This document shows, piece by piece, positions 38,628 to 51,403 of a DNA stretch of 64,000 nucleotides (positions are counted from its first letter, which is position 1; every line of letters starts with the position of its first letter). The stretch comes from Coniocarpon cinnabarinum (Eukaryota). The position numbers were made by a program, and so were the translations under genes. Location of the stretch: contig JAVECO010000005.1 of the NCBI GenBank assembly GCA_051942205.1, positions 62,001 through 126,000 on the forward strand. The letters are read 5' to 3'. The notes under the pieces were generated by a model. That model worked only from the letters and a program-made list of their open reading frames with translations, did not search any database and was not told the origin of the DNA.

Positions 38628-40233
38628 TCATTGCCCAGGCGCGATTAGACCTCCCCGCTTGTCCATTCCAGGCTCCCAACCGCCGGCAAAGGCTTGCTGA
38701 CCACCATGTCTTCCTTGGTAATCCACCATCTTCGCCTCTACCTCATGCCTAAAATGACGTATCAGACCTTGCAACGGCCAGGCGAACGCCTCTCCTAGCG
38801 CACAAATCGTATGGCCTTCGACCTGTTTTGTCAATTCTTGCAGCATGTCGATCTCTCTCGTCCGACCCTCGCCGCGCTCGAATCGCTGCATGATCTGTTC
38901 TGTCCACTTTGACCCTTCGCGGCATGGGGTGCACTGACCACACGATTCGTGCTTGTAGAACTTGGCGAGACGGCCAATGGCTTTGACGACGTCAGTGGAT
39001 TTGTCCATGACAATCACAGCGGCGGTGCCAAGACCGGACTGTGCGTCTTTGAGTGCGTCAAAGTCCATGAGTTGCTCGTCACAGATGGTCTTGGGTAGGA
39101 TTGGCGTCGAGGAGCCGCCAGGGATCACAGCTTTGAGGTTGTCCCAGCCACCGCGTACGCCGCCGCAATGTCTGTCAATCAGTTCGCGAAGCGGGATCGA
39201 CATCTCTTCTTCAACAGTGCAAGGATTGTTGACGTGACCCGAGATGCAGAAGAGCTTTGTGCCGGCATTGCGCTCACGACCGAAAGAATTAAACCAGTTT
39301 GCACCACGCCGGCAGATTGTGGGTGCGACCGCGACGGTCTCAACATTGGCGACGGTGGAAGGGCAGCCGAAGACACCAACAGCAGCCGGGAAGGGTGGCT
39401 TGAGGCGAGGCTTTCCGGGCTTCCCCTCGAGTGACTCGATAAGTGACGTCTCCTCGCCGCATACGTATGCGCCCATGCCGCGGTGCACAAAGATGTCGAA
39501 GTCGTAGCCCGTTCCACACGCGTTTTTGCCGATGAAGCCGGCCTTGTAAGCCTCTTGAATGGCGCGCTGCAGGACAGTAGCCTCGTGGTAGAACTCCCCA
39601 CGAATGTAGATGTACGCGGCGGTACAGTTCATGGCGCGGCCGGCAACAAGGCAACCTTCGACGAGCTTGTGCGGATCTTTGCGCATAATTTCACGGTCCT
39701 TACATGTTCCGGGTTCGCCTTCGTCGGCATTGACGACTAGATAGCGGGGTTTGGTGTCTTGATCCTGTATAAACAAACGTCATTAGCAAGTATGCAATTT
39801 CCATGGAACAGGTATACCCTACCCAGCCCTTGGGATTCATAAAGCTCCATTTCATGCCTGCCGGAAACCCTGCACCACCTCTTCCTCTCAGGCCAGATGC
39901 TTTGATCTCTGATATGATCCAGTCATGGCCCTTCAATATTATGTCCTTCGTGCGGTACCAGTCTCCGTATTTCATTGCTGATTGGAGGTCGGCGCCATGA
40001 TGGCCATATAGGTTCTGAAAGATACGGTCTTCATCTTTAAGGCCGCCATGTGTGCGCTTGGGAGTGCCCTCTTGGACTGTGGCAAAGGATCGTGCGTGTG
40101 AGGGGGAACGAGTGGAGGTTGGGGGGGTGTGGCGTTGAGCGAGCGCGCTCGCGGCAGGGAGTGTGTGGCGCGATGTAGTCGGTAAAGCGACGGCGGTGTG
40201 TTGAATAGGCCTTGAAAGCATTTTGGAATTCAT
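38628..40233 (-). CDS. NUO51: NADH:ubiquinone oxidoreductase 51 kDa subunit (NDUFV1), 2 exons
   Basis: Mitochondrial presequence, [35 protein letters not shown] and [12 protein letters not shown]. Intron 39765-39822. Confidence 0.97.
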
Positions 40234-41422
40234 GATGTCGCTCGTGGCAGTCTCAACGGAGGAAAACGAGAATGGTGTACAAGAAAACAAAGATCGGACG
40301 GCAAGCACCGAAAGGCAAAGTCTTGTCATCATCAACTGCATTCTGATTGGTCAGCGGTCCATCTCCGAGATCTCTCCATCGTAAATGTCCTATTACGGTA
40401 TGCGGATTTGAACCTTCACCTCAATGACCGATCACTATTTGATTTGTCTAAAGTACATTTATTGTGCCACCACCGCTTCCAGCAATCCTCAAACCTAACG
40501 GGTCTGATGCAGATGCATCGGGTTGATTCTGTAAGATTACTCACTGGACCCTCAATTGGGGAGCTTTCCGGACCTCAGAGAGCTCTTTCCCGGCTCAGCA
40601 ACTTATGTATCGTTTGAAGTAGAACTCTGGATGATTAGAGGTGAGGATCGTTGCAGATCAAAAATGGTACCAGATGCAATATGGGCTGTCGGCACTGCAT
40701 GCTAAAGTAAAGGAATTGGGGGTGTTTTGAACGTTACTTGCCGCGCATGGAGCGACTCGTCAGCAGCCACGCACCAGAATGCTTTGTTTTTTCGATTGAT
40801 GCTCGATGAGCCCTCGAAATGAAAGCGCCCGGTTTTCCAGCAAAGATACAATGCTGCCTGTCTTGGTCTTTCCGAATGAAATCGCAGAATGTAACAAAGT
40901 ATCGTCTTACACAGGCGCGGTGGAGACTCAGGTATTGATATGAGAAGTTTGACTGTATTCATGGTCTTGACAGCCCTCGCTGGCGTCACCATCCGAGTAG
41001 ATGGTTCGTTAATTTCAGGACTTTGACAAAAGTCGTTGTTCTGGGACTGCGGCCTGATGTGGAGGTCATTACGGACGACCATGCTTCATTGAAGTACTGT
41101 AGCTAATGCGGAAATTGTCTTAGTCAGTGAGTACATTCCTGTCACATGGTCGAGTGAAACGCTCGCCAAAAAGGATGCTTGAACGGGATAGAGAGTATGC
41201 TGCCCAAGCAATGAATCGTCCCCCTTCTTTCACATGTCAGGCTGTGACGAGGCAACTGCTCAACACCTCAATCTTACTTCTAATATGCCTCTCACCTTGA
41301 AAGCAATCAACACTCCGTTAATCTCCGCAGCACGCGCCCCGCTCTCGTAAGAAAATTTAATCCTTCCCCTTCCTCTCTCTCTCTCTCTTTCTTTCTCTCC
41401 ACACACATTCGACATTGCCATT

Positions 41423-41461
41423 CTGCGTTTTGCATTTTGCGTTTTGCGTTTTGCAGTTTTG
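41423..41461 (+). repeat. Short TTTTGC(G/A) heptamer tandem repeat, just downstream of a CT tract
   Basis: ctgcgttttgcattttgcgttttgcgttttgcagttttg immediately upstream of the ATG at 41492. Confidence 0.7.
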
Positions 41462-41491
41462 ACTTGGACTAAGCTCACAGTGTGTTACAGA

Positions 41492-44400
41492 ATGCCTCGC
41501 CATCAGAGGCACATCTCAACGAGCTCTTTGAGCTCTTCAGTGCGCGCCTTGAACTGCTTCACGAAGTTGAAGCAGAAAACGGCCTCAGGAAATGTAAGTT
41601 CAAAATCGCTGCAAAGTGAGATTTTCTTGTCATCAACTGTGACAAGATCTCTTTACTGTATCTGCATCAAAATATTTCAGGATGTCACAAGATTGAATTT
41701 GCTAACGACATATTAGCCTGAGGCCGTTACGGCAACTCAAGACGTCGAACGCAGCACGTCAACCCGTATCCCTGTGCCACGATCAACCTCATTCACAGGG
41801 GTACGCTTGCGTTCAAGGCCTGCAACTGCACACAGCCCAACAGCTGTGGAAGTCGGCGAAGCTTCAACAACAAGCCAAGAAGGCTTGACGCCGTTTCCAG
41901 AGCTGAGACAACATCCAGTGTGCGGTGATAACGGCCAAGACAGCACGCACCTTGAAAATCATGCAGAACGTTTGCATGAAGAAGGGTCAGTACTGGAGCC
42001 ATTTGGGCCCACTCTTTCCAGATTTTCCTATGAGAATAACACTGACACATGCTGCCATAGCGTTATCGTCCGCCACTATGAGCCTGACTCACATGAGATT
42101 AATGATAAACATCCACACGCTGCAGCAAAACCACTCCAGATTGAGCACGGCAAGGCCAAACCAGCATTATCGTCAGTCCCAATCCCCTCGGATGATGCCC
42201 TTCGAACGTACAGCCTCAACCATGAGGTCGATACGACTGGACGCTCGCGTATCGACAAGGGGAAGGCAAAGGCAGTAGATACTCCACAAACGGCAATGCC
42301 CAACATGCCAGGCTCATCTGTGAGCGGACATCTTCGCTCAGAATTACGTGTAACTTCATTGGCTAGTCCAAACGATTCTCGAACATCAGCAGAGCCAGAT
42401 AACCAAACCCATCAAGACACATCACTTCGCGACCGTAGATCACGAAGGTTGTCAATGCCTTTAGGTATCACAGTGAGCCGTCCAGGTTCCTACGTCAGGC
42501 CAAAGAGCACACTGGGCTTCTCAGGCAGCCCCAAGGTAAGTGACAAACTCATAGCATCCCCGCAATGACTGACTCTTCGCTCCAGCACGGTCGCAAAGTC
42601 TCTTCCTTTGAAAGAGGGCCACGTTACATGCGTGCATTCATCAACAATGGAGAAACATGGGAAACGTACAAGTCCTTCGAAACGGATCAATGGCTACTGA
42701 CCCCGGACGGTGATACTTACGTCCACTTGAACGACCATCAGATCCCCACATTCAGACTTGACTCAAGCGTCATCAAGACCGTCAAGCTACCCGTCCTCCA
42801 CGACCTCATTCGCGAGTCAGAATCAACCGTCAAGCCGCATCTCGACACCGAAGTCTTGAGACAGCCACGACCAGGCTCACTGCCCTTGCACAAACGCATT
42901 TCCCCAATCAAGTGGCCTGACCCTGCCTACTTGAACAGCACTCCAGATGTAACCGCCGGGCTCGCAATGACGAATGATGCAATATTCCGTGTCTCAAGGC
43001 CAGTGTTCATGGAAGAGATTCACACCTTCGAGACGAAAGACATTGTGTTTCGCAATGTACTGGCAATGGCGTACAGAGCCCCATTGGTGGGACCTTGGGG
43101 GACAGACCTCTTCACCGCCCTCAGAGACCTTGCTGAAGCCGTCACATATCTCGCTGTGCAGAGCGAGCCTCAAATTGTCTCTGACGAAGTCTTGTTGATG
43201 CTGATTGACTACGTCCGAGAAGTGGGGTACATGGACATCCACTCATCACTGGAACACGCGCTGGACATGCTCGCTTGGTGCGAATTACCGACCGTCAGAT
43301 GGACAGCGGGCTATCGAGAGGCATTCGTGCAAGTCGTCGGTCTACTTGAACCCTCCAGTTGGGTCAGCTTCGAAGGCGACAACGCTCATTACACACGCAT
43401 CTCGCAGTACACACGCAACGATCTATTTACGGCGTGGAGCGAGCTTGGCATTGCAATTCGCCACGCAGAGCAATACCTGACCGACTTCCGGTTCCCAGAG
43501 CTCGTCGACGTTATGGGCCCCGGCTCTGAAATCATCAAGGAGTCTTTCGATGCGTTCAGACGTGTGATCAAGGAGCATTATACCAGCGTCTACTTACAGT
43601 GGCCACCCGAACCAGAGGGTCGTTACTGGCTCACCTGGCCACGTGTTCAGCACATCATCGAAGAGATGAACGACCTTTACGACGCCCTCGTTGACCGCAA
43701 AGTTCACTACGGACAGCTCCGAGAAGAGCTCAACAATCCGCGTACACCGTCTCGCTCGACATTTCGACGCCTGAACGGCTCCGGCGCTCCTGACACTGTT
43801 CCTGCTTTGCGGACCGTCGCAGCGGCATTTGATCGCTTTGATACTCATCGCGGCAGTGAGACGATGCCACTTCCATGTCCGCTACTTCCTACGCGGAGCA
43901 TGATCATCCCTCACGAGGAAGCCGCAAAGAAACTGAGAACAAAAGGCAGTGTCCTGAGCAAGAACGGAGGCAAAACTGCACATGGGGGCAAGACTGCACG
44001 TGGTGGACAGAGTCAAATTCAAGCGTCTATCGCTCTGGCCGCCGCAACCCGCTCAGACTCACTCGACGCGCCGAACGAAACAATGGAAGGTACGTACCTC
44101 GATGATCTAGCCTAATTGAATCACATGCTAATGCGAAGTCAGCTTCGCCACTCTTGCAGAAATTCCAGCGTCTTGAATCATCAACACCAGTCGGCACCAG
44201 ATTCACCATCGAATCACTGCAAGATGCGCGAGTCGGTCGTTGGCTTCTCATCTACGGCATCATGCAAGTGCTCTCCGTGCTCTCCGTCGACGCTCCTCAG
44301 GACATCTACAAGAATGAAGATTATCAACACCTTCGTCAAGAGCATGATCATTACGTCTGGGGCGCTGTTCGAGCGATCCCCCCTTGGTACGTCTTGCACG

Positions 44401-45187
44401 AGCTTGGTTCGACTTCAGATTCAGGTTGCTAACAACGTTGTAGGCACGTGAATGATTGGCAAGATCAGATTGTAACCCTGAACACGGCGAGACGAGCTAC
44501 TCACCCATGGTACCGCTACCGTCAACTACTGGACGAAATGAACCAAGTACGAACCACCCTCCCTTCCCTATAACTTCTCATACTAACAACCTACAGTCCG
44601 CACAATCCAACATCGGTCCAACACCCCGCCTCTCAATAGCAACCCAAGAGCTAACCTCCCGCTCGCCAACGCCACCATACCTGACTCCCTACACCAACTT
44701 CGCCATCCCCTCGCCCCCACTCCACCCCAACCGCGCCACAGCCTCCAACATCAGTCTCGTCTCACAATACAGCATCCGCCCCCAACAGTCTCCAATCTTC
44801 GAGTACGACCTGAAGCCACAGCACAACCTGACCGTCCCCCCTGACTTTGAAATCCCACAATACCCCACTCGCCACTCCCTCCCCAACCGCAACAGCCTCC
44901 TCGCCACCTCGCTGCTCGCTGCCTCCGAGGTCGACCTCCCTCGACGCGGCGCCAGCTTCCGCTCGCATCGCCCCACGGACAGCGCGGCGACGTGGGAGAC
45001 GGTGTCGACGGTGACGCCGACGGCACGCGCGAGCTCGAAGGACTGGGCCCGGACGGACAGGGACTTTGCGGAGGGGAAGCCGAGGCCGAGCACGGCGACG
45101 TGGGAGACGTTTGTGGATGAGGAGGAGGACGCGAAGGAGGTTTGGAACGACGAGGAGGACGGCGCCCCGGGCCCCAGTGGGCTGTGA
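41492..45187 (+). CDS. Large multi-exon fungal hypothetical protein (DUF8004-like core)
   Basis: Exon 1 (41492-41593) splices in frame at 41717. Core motifs include WLLTPDGDTYVHL, RNVLAMAYRAPLVG, WCELPTVRWTAGYREAFVQVVG, PLPCPLLP and DARVGRWLLIYGIMQVL. The 3' exon structure is uncertain. Confidence 0.72.
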
Positions 45188-45191
45188 TTGG

Positions 45192-46765
45192 TGCAGTGGG
45201 ATGCCCTTGGGATTATGCGCCTTTTGGAGGCCGGAGATGCCCGTTTTCTTGAGAAAACGGGAAATTTTCACTTCATTGATGTATTGAAATAGCTGCAATT
45301 CAAGCCCAAAAATCGCCGAAATGATTCCCAGTTTTGATGCTTATTTACAGTAATATACCATTGCCAAATTCGCCCTTTTTGAAGCCAGACATCGCTGTCT
45401 CCTCCGAATAACGGGGATTCTTGCTTCCGGTGAAGTGTATGATTAGCTGTCTTTTATACTCAATCTGTAGTAATGTACCCTCACTGAATTCGCCCTTTTG
45501 GAAGGCCATAGTCCCCAGGTCATTGAGAAAACGGGGAATTTTCGTTTCTATAAAATGTTAAAATAGCTGCAATTCAAGTCCAAAATCGCCAAAATGATTC
45601 CAAGTTTCGATGCCCAATTGACAGTACTGCTGCATTACCGAAATCGCCCTTTTGAAACCCAAAAATCGCTTTTCACTCACCATAATAGCAATTTTCGTTT
45701 CCAGTGAACTATATGATTAGCTGTCTTCGTACCAAAGCTCCAGCAGCGCGCCATCACCGAACCCGCCCATTTCGAAGTCCAAGATCGTCGTTTCCTCTAA
45801 AACACGGAGATGTTGGTTCTCAGTGACCTTCTCAATTAGCTGTCTTTCATATTGAATCTCTAGTAATTTGCCCTTACTGAGCTCGTCCCTTTTTAATGCC
45901 AAAGATCCCTCGTTCCTTAAAAGAACGGACACTTTGTTTCTCAATGAGGTGCAGAGTTGACTGCGTAATTCGCTGCAATTGAGTTGGAATTCCCTGCGGA
46001 AATCCTTGGTTTTATGCTCTACGCTAGTAGCACGCCCTCGCTACGTTTGTGATTCGTGAAGTCAATAGTCCCTCTTTGCTCATAAGGACAGGAAATTTCG
46101 TTGCAACGATGTGTATAATGGGCTGCAATTTAAGCGGAATCTCCGTTTCGATGCTTAATCTGCAGTAGTCTACCCTCGTCGATTCGCCTTTTGAAAACCT
46201 CGTCATCCCCATTCGCTTGATAGGACGGGACGGTCTGTTTCAATGACGTGCACCAATTACTAGAATCAAACTAGAAATATCTAGATTAGTTCTTATTCCA
46301 GCAATCAACGCAGGAGCTCACAATTTTAAACTCGCATTCCCAGAGATCGAAGATGCCCGTATCTGTAGAACAACGGATCATTCAATGCTCGAAGACGCAC
46401 AGCATTAGCTGCAATGGAAAGAGAATTACGTAAAATGATTGCTTTTTTCATGCTTGACCTGCAGTAGCTTGCTATCCACGCTCTTCTACGAATCCCTCTC
46501 TTCTCCAAAGGAGTGAAGATCTCCCTGCTCAAGATACGGATTTGAGCTACCAGCGAAGTGGGATATCCCGAAATGACGCCCCTTCTTTGTCCTCAATTGC
46601 AGTAGCGTATACTCATTCAATCTGCCTGTTAAGAGAGCAAAGATCCCTGTTTCCTTAGAGGGATCGGTAATTTCGTTCCGAAAGATGTGCACGTTTAGCT
46701 GCTGCAAAATTAGTTCTAAATGAGATGAATTTGAGGTGAAATTGAGCTGCAATGGAGCTGCAATC
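45192..46765. repeat. Degenerate tandem array of about 11 units of 120-165 bp
   Basis: Recurring CGCCCTTTT(T/G)GAA...AACGG...TTAGCTG(C/T)...CAGTA blocks. Anchors near 45218, 45371, 45491, 45645, 45764, 45884, 46049, 46185, 46333 and 46623. Confidence 0.88.
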
Positions 46766-47305
46766 GTGATGGAATTACCTTAGACTAGGGTCCACCTAGA
46801 ACTCTATTTTCTGCATTGTGCTCCAGAGTTGGACAGAGCGAGAGCCTTGAGGATAATAGATATCGCTTCCTTCAACGCACTGTTGTACTCTCATTAAAGT
46901 GGTCCTATGATCTACTATCGTACCCTCATTTGATGTCATATTCATTCAGCTAACTACTTTTCATTCCTGAATTGGACTGACAACTGAAAAGTGAATTCTA
47001 CTCGACCCCAGCGCGCCGGCTATAGCTCAATCACGAACCCATTGCATCTCTACATCACAATACGCGCCTAAGATTCGAAATCTGGCATTTTCTTTCGAAA
47101 CACACGAGTAAATGCCACTCGTCAAAGACGCAACCAATCAACGAGATCTCAAAGAAAAGTCAACAAGAAACATGCCGTGATTGATACCGTCATTCTCATT
47201 CTCATTCTCGGTGGCTTATATCATACAAAAGACCAAATAGTCTCATCAGCAGAACCCAACATGAACACCAACACCACCGCTATGCACCATGCAATTCCTG
47301 AGCCT

Positions 47306-49614
47306 TTACATTTTGAATTTCAGCCGTGAATCTTTGCCCTTCACCAGAAGAGAATCTGGCACTTTCACACCGCCGAAGGCATTGACGATGTTACCGAGAC
47401 CAGATTCGTCGTGGTCTTCGTCGTCGAGTTGGGTTGGTCGGAAGAGGCGGTTCGAAGCGGGGCGGACGTTGTGGGACCGTTCGGTTAGGGCACGACGGAT
47501 CTTTGACGGTGCATCTGCACGCGTCTCTGGCTGTGACTTGTGTTTTTCGACTGTCTTTATGGAGGTTCGTGTGGGCATGCTTGGTTCTTGCGCAGCTTGT
47601 GTCTTTCGAGTCTTACGCGTGCGGTCATTGGGGGAAAGAGGTGCGCTTTCGGCTGGTTGAAGTACTTGTTTCTTTGCATTTGATGCATGTTCATCGACAG
47701 TCGCTCCAAATGCTTCTGCAGATATACTCGGTTCTGCGATAGCTTGCGTCTTCTGAGACTTGTGAGATCGCTCGTTGAGGGAAGAAGGCTCGATCTCGAT
47801 TGGTAGGTCTACGTGTCTCTTCGATCTTGACTCTTGTTCTTGGACAGTCGTTGCGTATGTTTCTGCAGGTATGCATGGCTTCGCAGCAGCTTGTGTCTTT
47901 CGGATTCTGGGTGGCTGATCTGCGCCTTTCTTCGTTCTTGCTTTCTGTCTTTCAACAGTGGCTGTAAACACTTTTGTAGATAATTGAGACTCCGTGGCGG
48001 ACTGCATGTTTTGGTCATCCATGCTTCGCGCTCCGGTCGTATCCTCATTCTTTTCGTGACAAACAAATTTTGGTTCTGATGAGTCTTGAGATTTCTTAAC
48101 GCCATTGTCGGGTGCTTCTCCCACTGGCGCATTTGCCTCAAGTTCGGCCTGCACAGCCTGCTTAAGCGTTTTCTCAGCGGCTTTCATCGCTACTTTACGC
48201 TTTCGGCCGGGAGGCCGATCCACCTCTTTCGCCTGCGGTGTCTTCTGTGTCTCGGCATCGCTAGTGATGGTTGCGTCTTCCGTCTCCTCCTTGGCGGCTT
48301 TCCTACGGGTAGTCTTCCGAATTTTCGCCGCAGTGTCGGCTGTAGCTTGAGCAGTGAGTTCGCGATTTGATTTCTTCTTATCCTCCGCATCACTTGCTAC
48401 GTTTTGACATGGCGTGTTCTTACGTGGGCGTCCTCGGCGGGCTGGCGGCTTAGTTATTTCCAGTTGTGGTTCACTCGATGCTTCAGTCCCGACTGTGGCT
48501 TGCGCAATCCCTTGGTCACGTCCACATCGAGCGTCGCCGGCGTGTCGAGCATCATCTTCGTGGACGTCTTCGCCCTGTGGCTTTGGCTCTCGCTTTGGTG
48601 CGCGCACTCGCAAGCGTCGTCCTGGTTTTGCGGAGTTTAAAGCTTCGACATCTTCGGCGTATGAGGGCTGCTTCTTCTGAGCTCGTTTGGGTCGACCTCT
48701 GGCTGGCTGCGTGGAGACTGATATCTGTGGGGGCTCTTCCTGCTTCTCTGACAAGTCTCCGTTCGGCTTCCCTCGCCGACTAGGACCCGCGGTTGGTGCT
48801 TGAGGGGATGGCGAACGGTACTGCACTGCTTGCTTTGCCTTTCTTCCTTTGCGCTTGGGTGAAGGCAGAGCTTCTCTGAGCGGTTCATGCGTATCAGAAG
48901 TATTGAGTGCGAGATCGGGATCCGCAGGGGCATCCTCGTGAGTCTCCTCCAGACTCATATGCTCCTCCACTGCACCCATAGCTGCGTTACCCGAATCCAA
49001 CTTTGGTAAGCCTGCAGAGACATCAACGTCATCCTTAGTTGCCTTGTGCGCGCGCCTCTTCTTCATGGCCCGTTTGGGTGCTGCAACGCTTTCTTTCGGA
49101 CTGTCTGGACACAGTGAGGCCTTGTCTACTCGATTGCACGGTGGCTCATCTTCAACAGGAGAGCAGCTCAATCGGACAACCTTCTCAGATTGTTTCGCTG
49201 AGCTGCTCACGTCATTTCGGGTTCTCTTCGCCCTGGAAGCCCTTGTTTGCGCCGGCTGTCCTTGAAGCTCTTTTTCATGATCTCTGGTTACTGGCTCCGT
49301 AATCGGATCCAGACGTTGACGTTTTGGCGGTCGCGCGTTGTCATCGTCTTCTTTACGCGCATGACTCTCGCCGGCCGGGTCAGCGGATGAATTGGGCGCC
49401 TGTGCACCAAAGACGAAGCCAAATTGGACGCCGGCGAGCTCTCTGACACTGGGCAAAGATTAGCGCACCGCTGCGATGTTGGTTGCTCCGTAAACAAACC
49501 CAGCTCCACGCTGTCTTTGCAGGCGGTGATCTGAGCGAGTCCCTACGATCTATCAGCATTCGATAAACAGATAGTCGAAAAGTCTAAATGCTCGACAAAC
49601 ATACCGCTCAACAT
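47306..49614 (-). CDS. Low-complexity basic AT-hook protein (3 exons)
   Basis: Exons 49614-49605, 49542-49500 and 49448-47306 join in frame as MLSGTRSDHRLQRQRGAGVRELAGVQFGFVFG. AT-hooks ARGRPKR and RRGRPRK, plus NLS-like PPKRQR. Confidence 0.8.
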
Positions 49615-49852
49615 GATTTTGCACCTCTCGATTGCAGATGGAGCGTCGTGCTCAGAGGGTATCGTGCTCGAGTTGGTGAACAACAAGGTCGGCCAGATCC
49701 GGAGATAAGATCGGATCGGATCAGCGATCTCTGGTGCAGCTCCGTCAATATCTAATGTGCAGCCCAATTAATTCCTGTGCAATTCTGTGTTCAGTTTGGA
49801 AAGCTGCAAGATGCTTCGTGATTGATGAGGGGAGATCAAGCGTCTCACCGAC

Positions 49853-50731
49853 CTAAATGTATCTCTCGACGTGACGGACGAGATCTTCAATGGTGCAGAC
49901 CTTGATACCCCATTTCCTGCCAAACCTCAAGCAGGCCTCTGCTCTCATCATCCCTGTATTATAGCATTGTGGCCGTGGCTTCATTCTTAAATCATCACCA
50001 CTGGGGATGGATTCTGTCTCTGCCTCTTCCACCAGCTCTCCTATCACCGCGACAGGCGGGTCATTACCTGCTAATCGCGCAAACTCGACGCCCGCTTCTG
50101 TATGACCCCTGCGTGTTCGCACACCTCCTTCTCTTGCAATCAGCGGCAACAGGTGTCCCGGTCTACGCAGATCCTGCTCTGATGCGCCTTCTGGTATTCT
50201 CTCGCTTGACTCTGATAAGCTTGTTCTTGGCCGGTATCCTGCCAACACGTTCGCCGAAGCCGCACGCTCGACAGCGCTGATACCTGTTGTCGTGCCCCAA
50301 ACCTTTGCGGCGTCCACCGAGACGCAATAAGCTGTGCCGTTTGGGTCTTCACTTTCGTCGGCAGGGACCATCCACCTTAATCGTAAGTTCTCCGCGTGTT
50401 GTTGCGTGAGGGGCGCGCATAGGTAGCCTGAAGTATGCTTGATCATGAACGCGCAGGTCTCGGGCGTGATTGCAGCGCCAGAAATGATGAGGTCGCCTTC
50501 ATTTTCACGGTCGGGCGAGTCAAGGACTACCAGGAATTCGCCTTGGCCTGCGGGTTTGCGGGGTCAGTGCATGGAATCCTAAGCGACAAGTATTGAAATG
50601 ACTGAGACGATGTGTGGTTCCTAGGGAATCAGAGACCTACGGAACGCTTCAATGCAGTCCGGGATCGAATCGAACGCGACTTCGCTGTCTCCACCTTTGC
50701 TCGCGTATGTGCCGTTCAAAGCACCATTCAT
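49853..50731 (-). CDS. RIB3: 3,4-dihydroxy-2-butanone 4-phosphate synthase (2 exons)
   Basis: FDSIPDCIEAF, an intron, then GEFLVVLDSPDRENEGDLI, TGISAVER, LRRPGHLLPL and RRGHTEAGV. Confidence 0.96.
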
Positions 50732-51136
50732 CTTGGAAGGGTTTCAGATACTGCTCTTGTCAAAGATACTCGACCCCAAGGCACTTCGAGAAGCAAAAGC
50801 AACCTAAGGACGTCGCTCCGCGCTGCACAGAGCTATTAGACTACAGTGCGACACTCAGCATCCATGCGTTGCAGAGACGTCGTACGTGTCAATCACGGTG
50901 CAGTAAGCAGTCAGCTTGGAGGGCCGGTGGGAGTCAAGAAGCGGCAAGGCATTATCGTGAGCTTGCTTTCAAATCATGGGCAAAATCGGGGGCACGCAGC
51001 CCTTGCAAGAATGGCTCCGTGGGACTCCATTGCGGCGTTCGGGCAAGAAAGCAACGCTATGAATGTTTAGGTCTTTGAGAGCCCGTAGGAGACACTTTCA
51101 CCAAGACTAGCCGCACCGCCTGTAACACGGGTAGTA

Positions 51137-51403
51137 CAGTGGTGATTTTTGAGATGGGCCACCTAACACAAGCTAATGCCGCGCTACTTCTAGCGTTTCT
51201 GTTGTTGTGGCGCAACCCAATCAGATGATCTCAAATTTGTGTTGAAGTAGAGCATATAGCGCTAGTAGGGGTGAGTCTACGACCGCTATTCTCTTGATAG
51301 CTAAGCGCGCAAGATCTAATTCGCTCGCGCCACGGCAGCTGAGTCGCTAGAAGTAGCGCTGCATTAGCTTGTGTTACGTGGCCCATTTCAAAAATCACCA
51401 CTG
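51137..51403. mobile_element. 267-bp MITE of Tc1/mariner type with TA target-site duplication
   Basis: TA|CAGTGGTGATTTTTGAGATGGGCCAC...GTGGCCCATTTCAAAAATCACCACTG|TA. The TIRs match at 56 of the first 59 bp and more loosely to about 90 bp. No transposase ORF. Confidence 0.92.

Noticed and set aside
45192..46765. Array as CRISPR, 5S rRNA/tRNA cluster, hammerhead ribozymes or WD40/ankyrin coding relic
   Set aside because: Eukaryotic context with no identical repeats plus unique spacers. No 5S or tRNA signatures and no CUGAUGA/GAAA core recognised. Frames are interrupted by stops and the translations resemble no repeat family I recognise.
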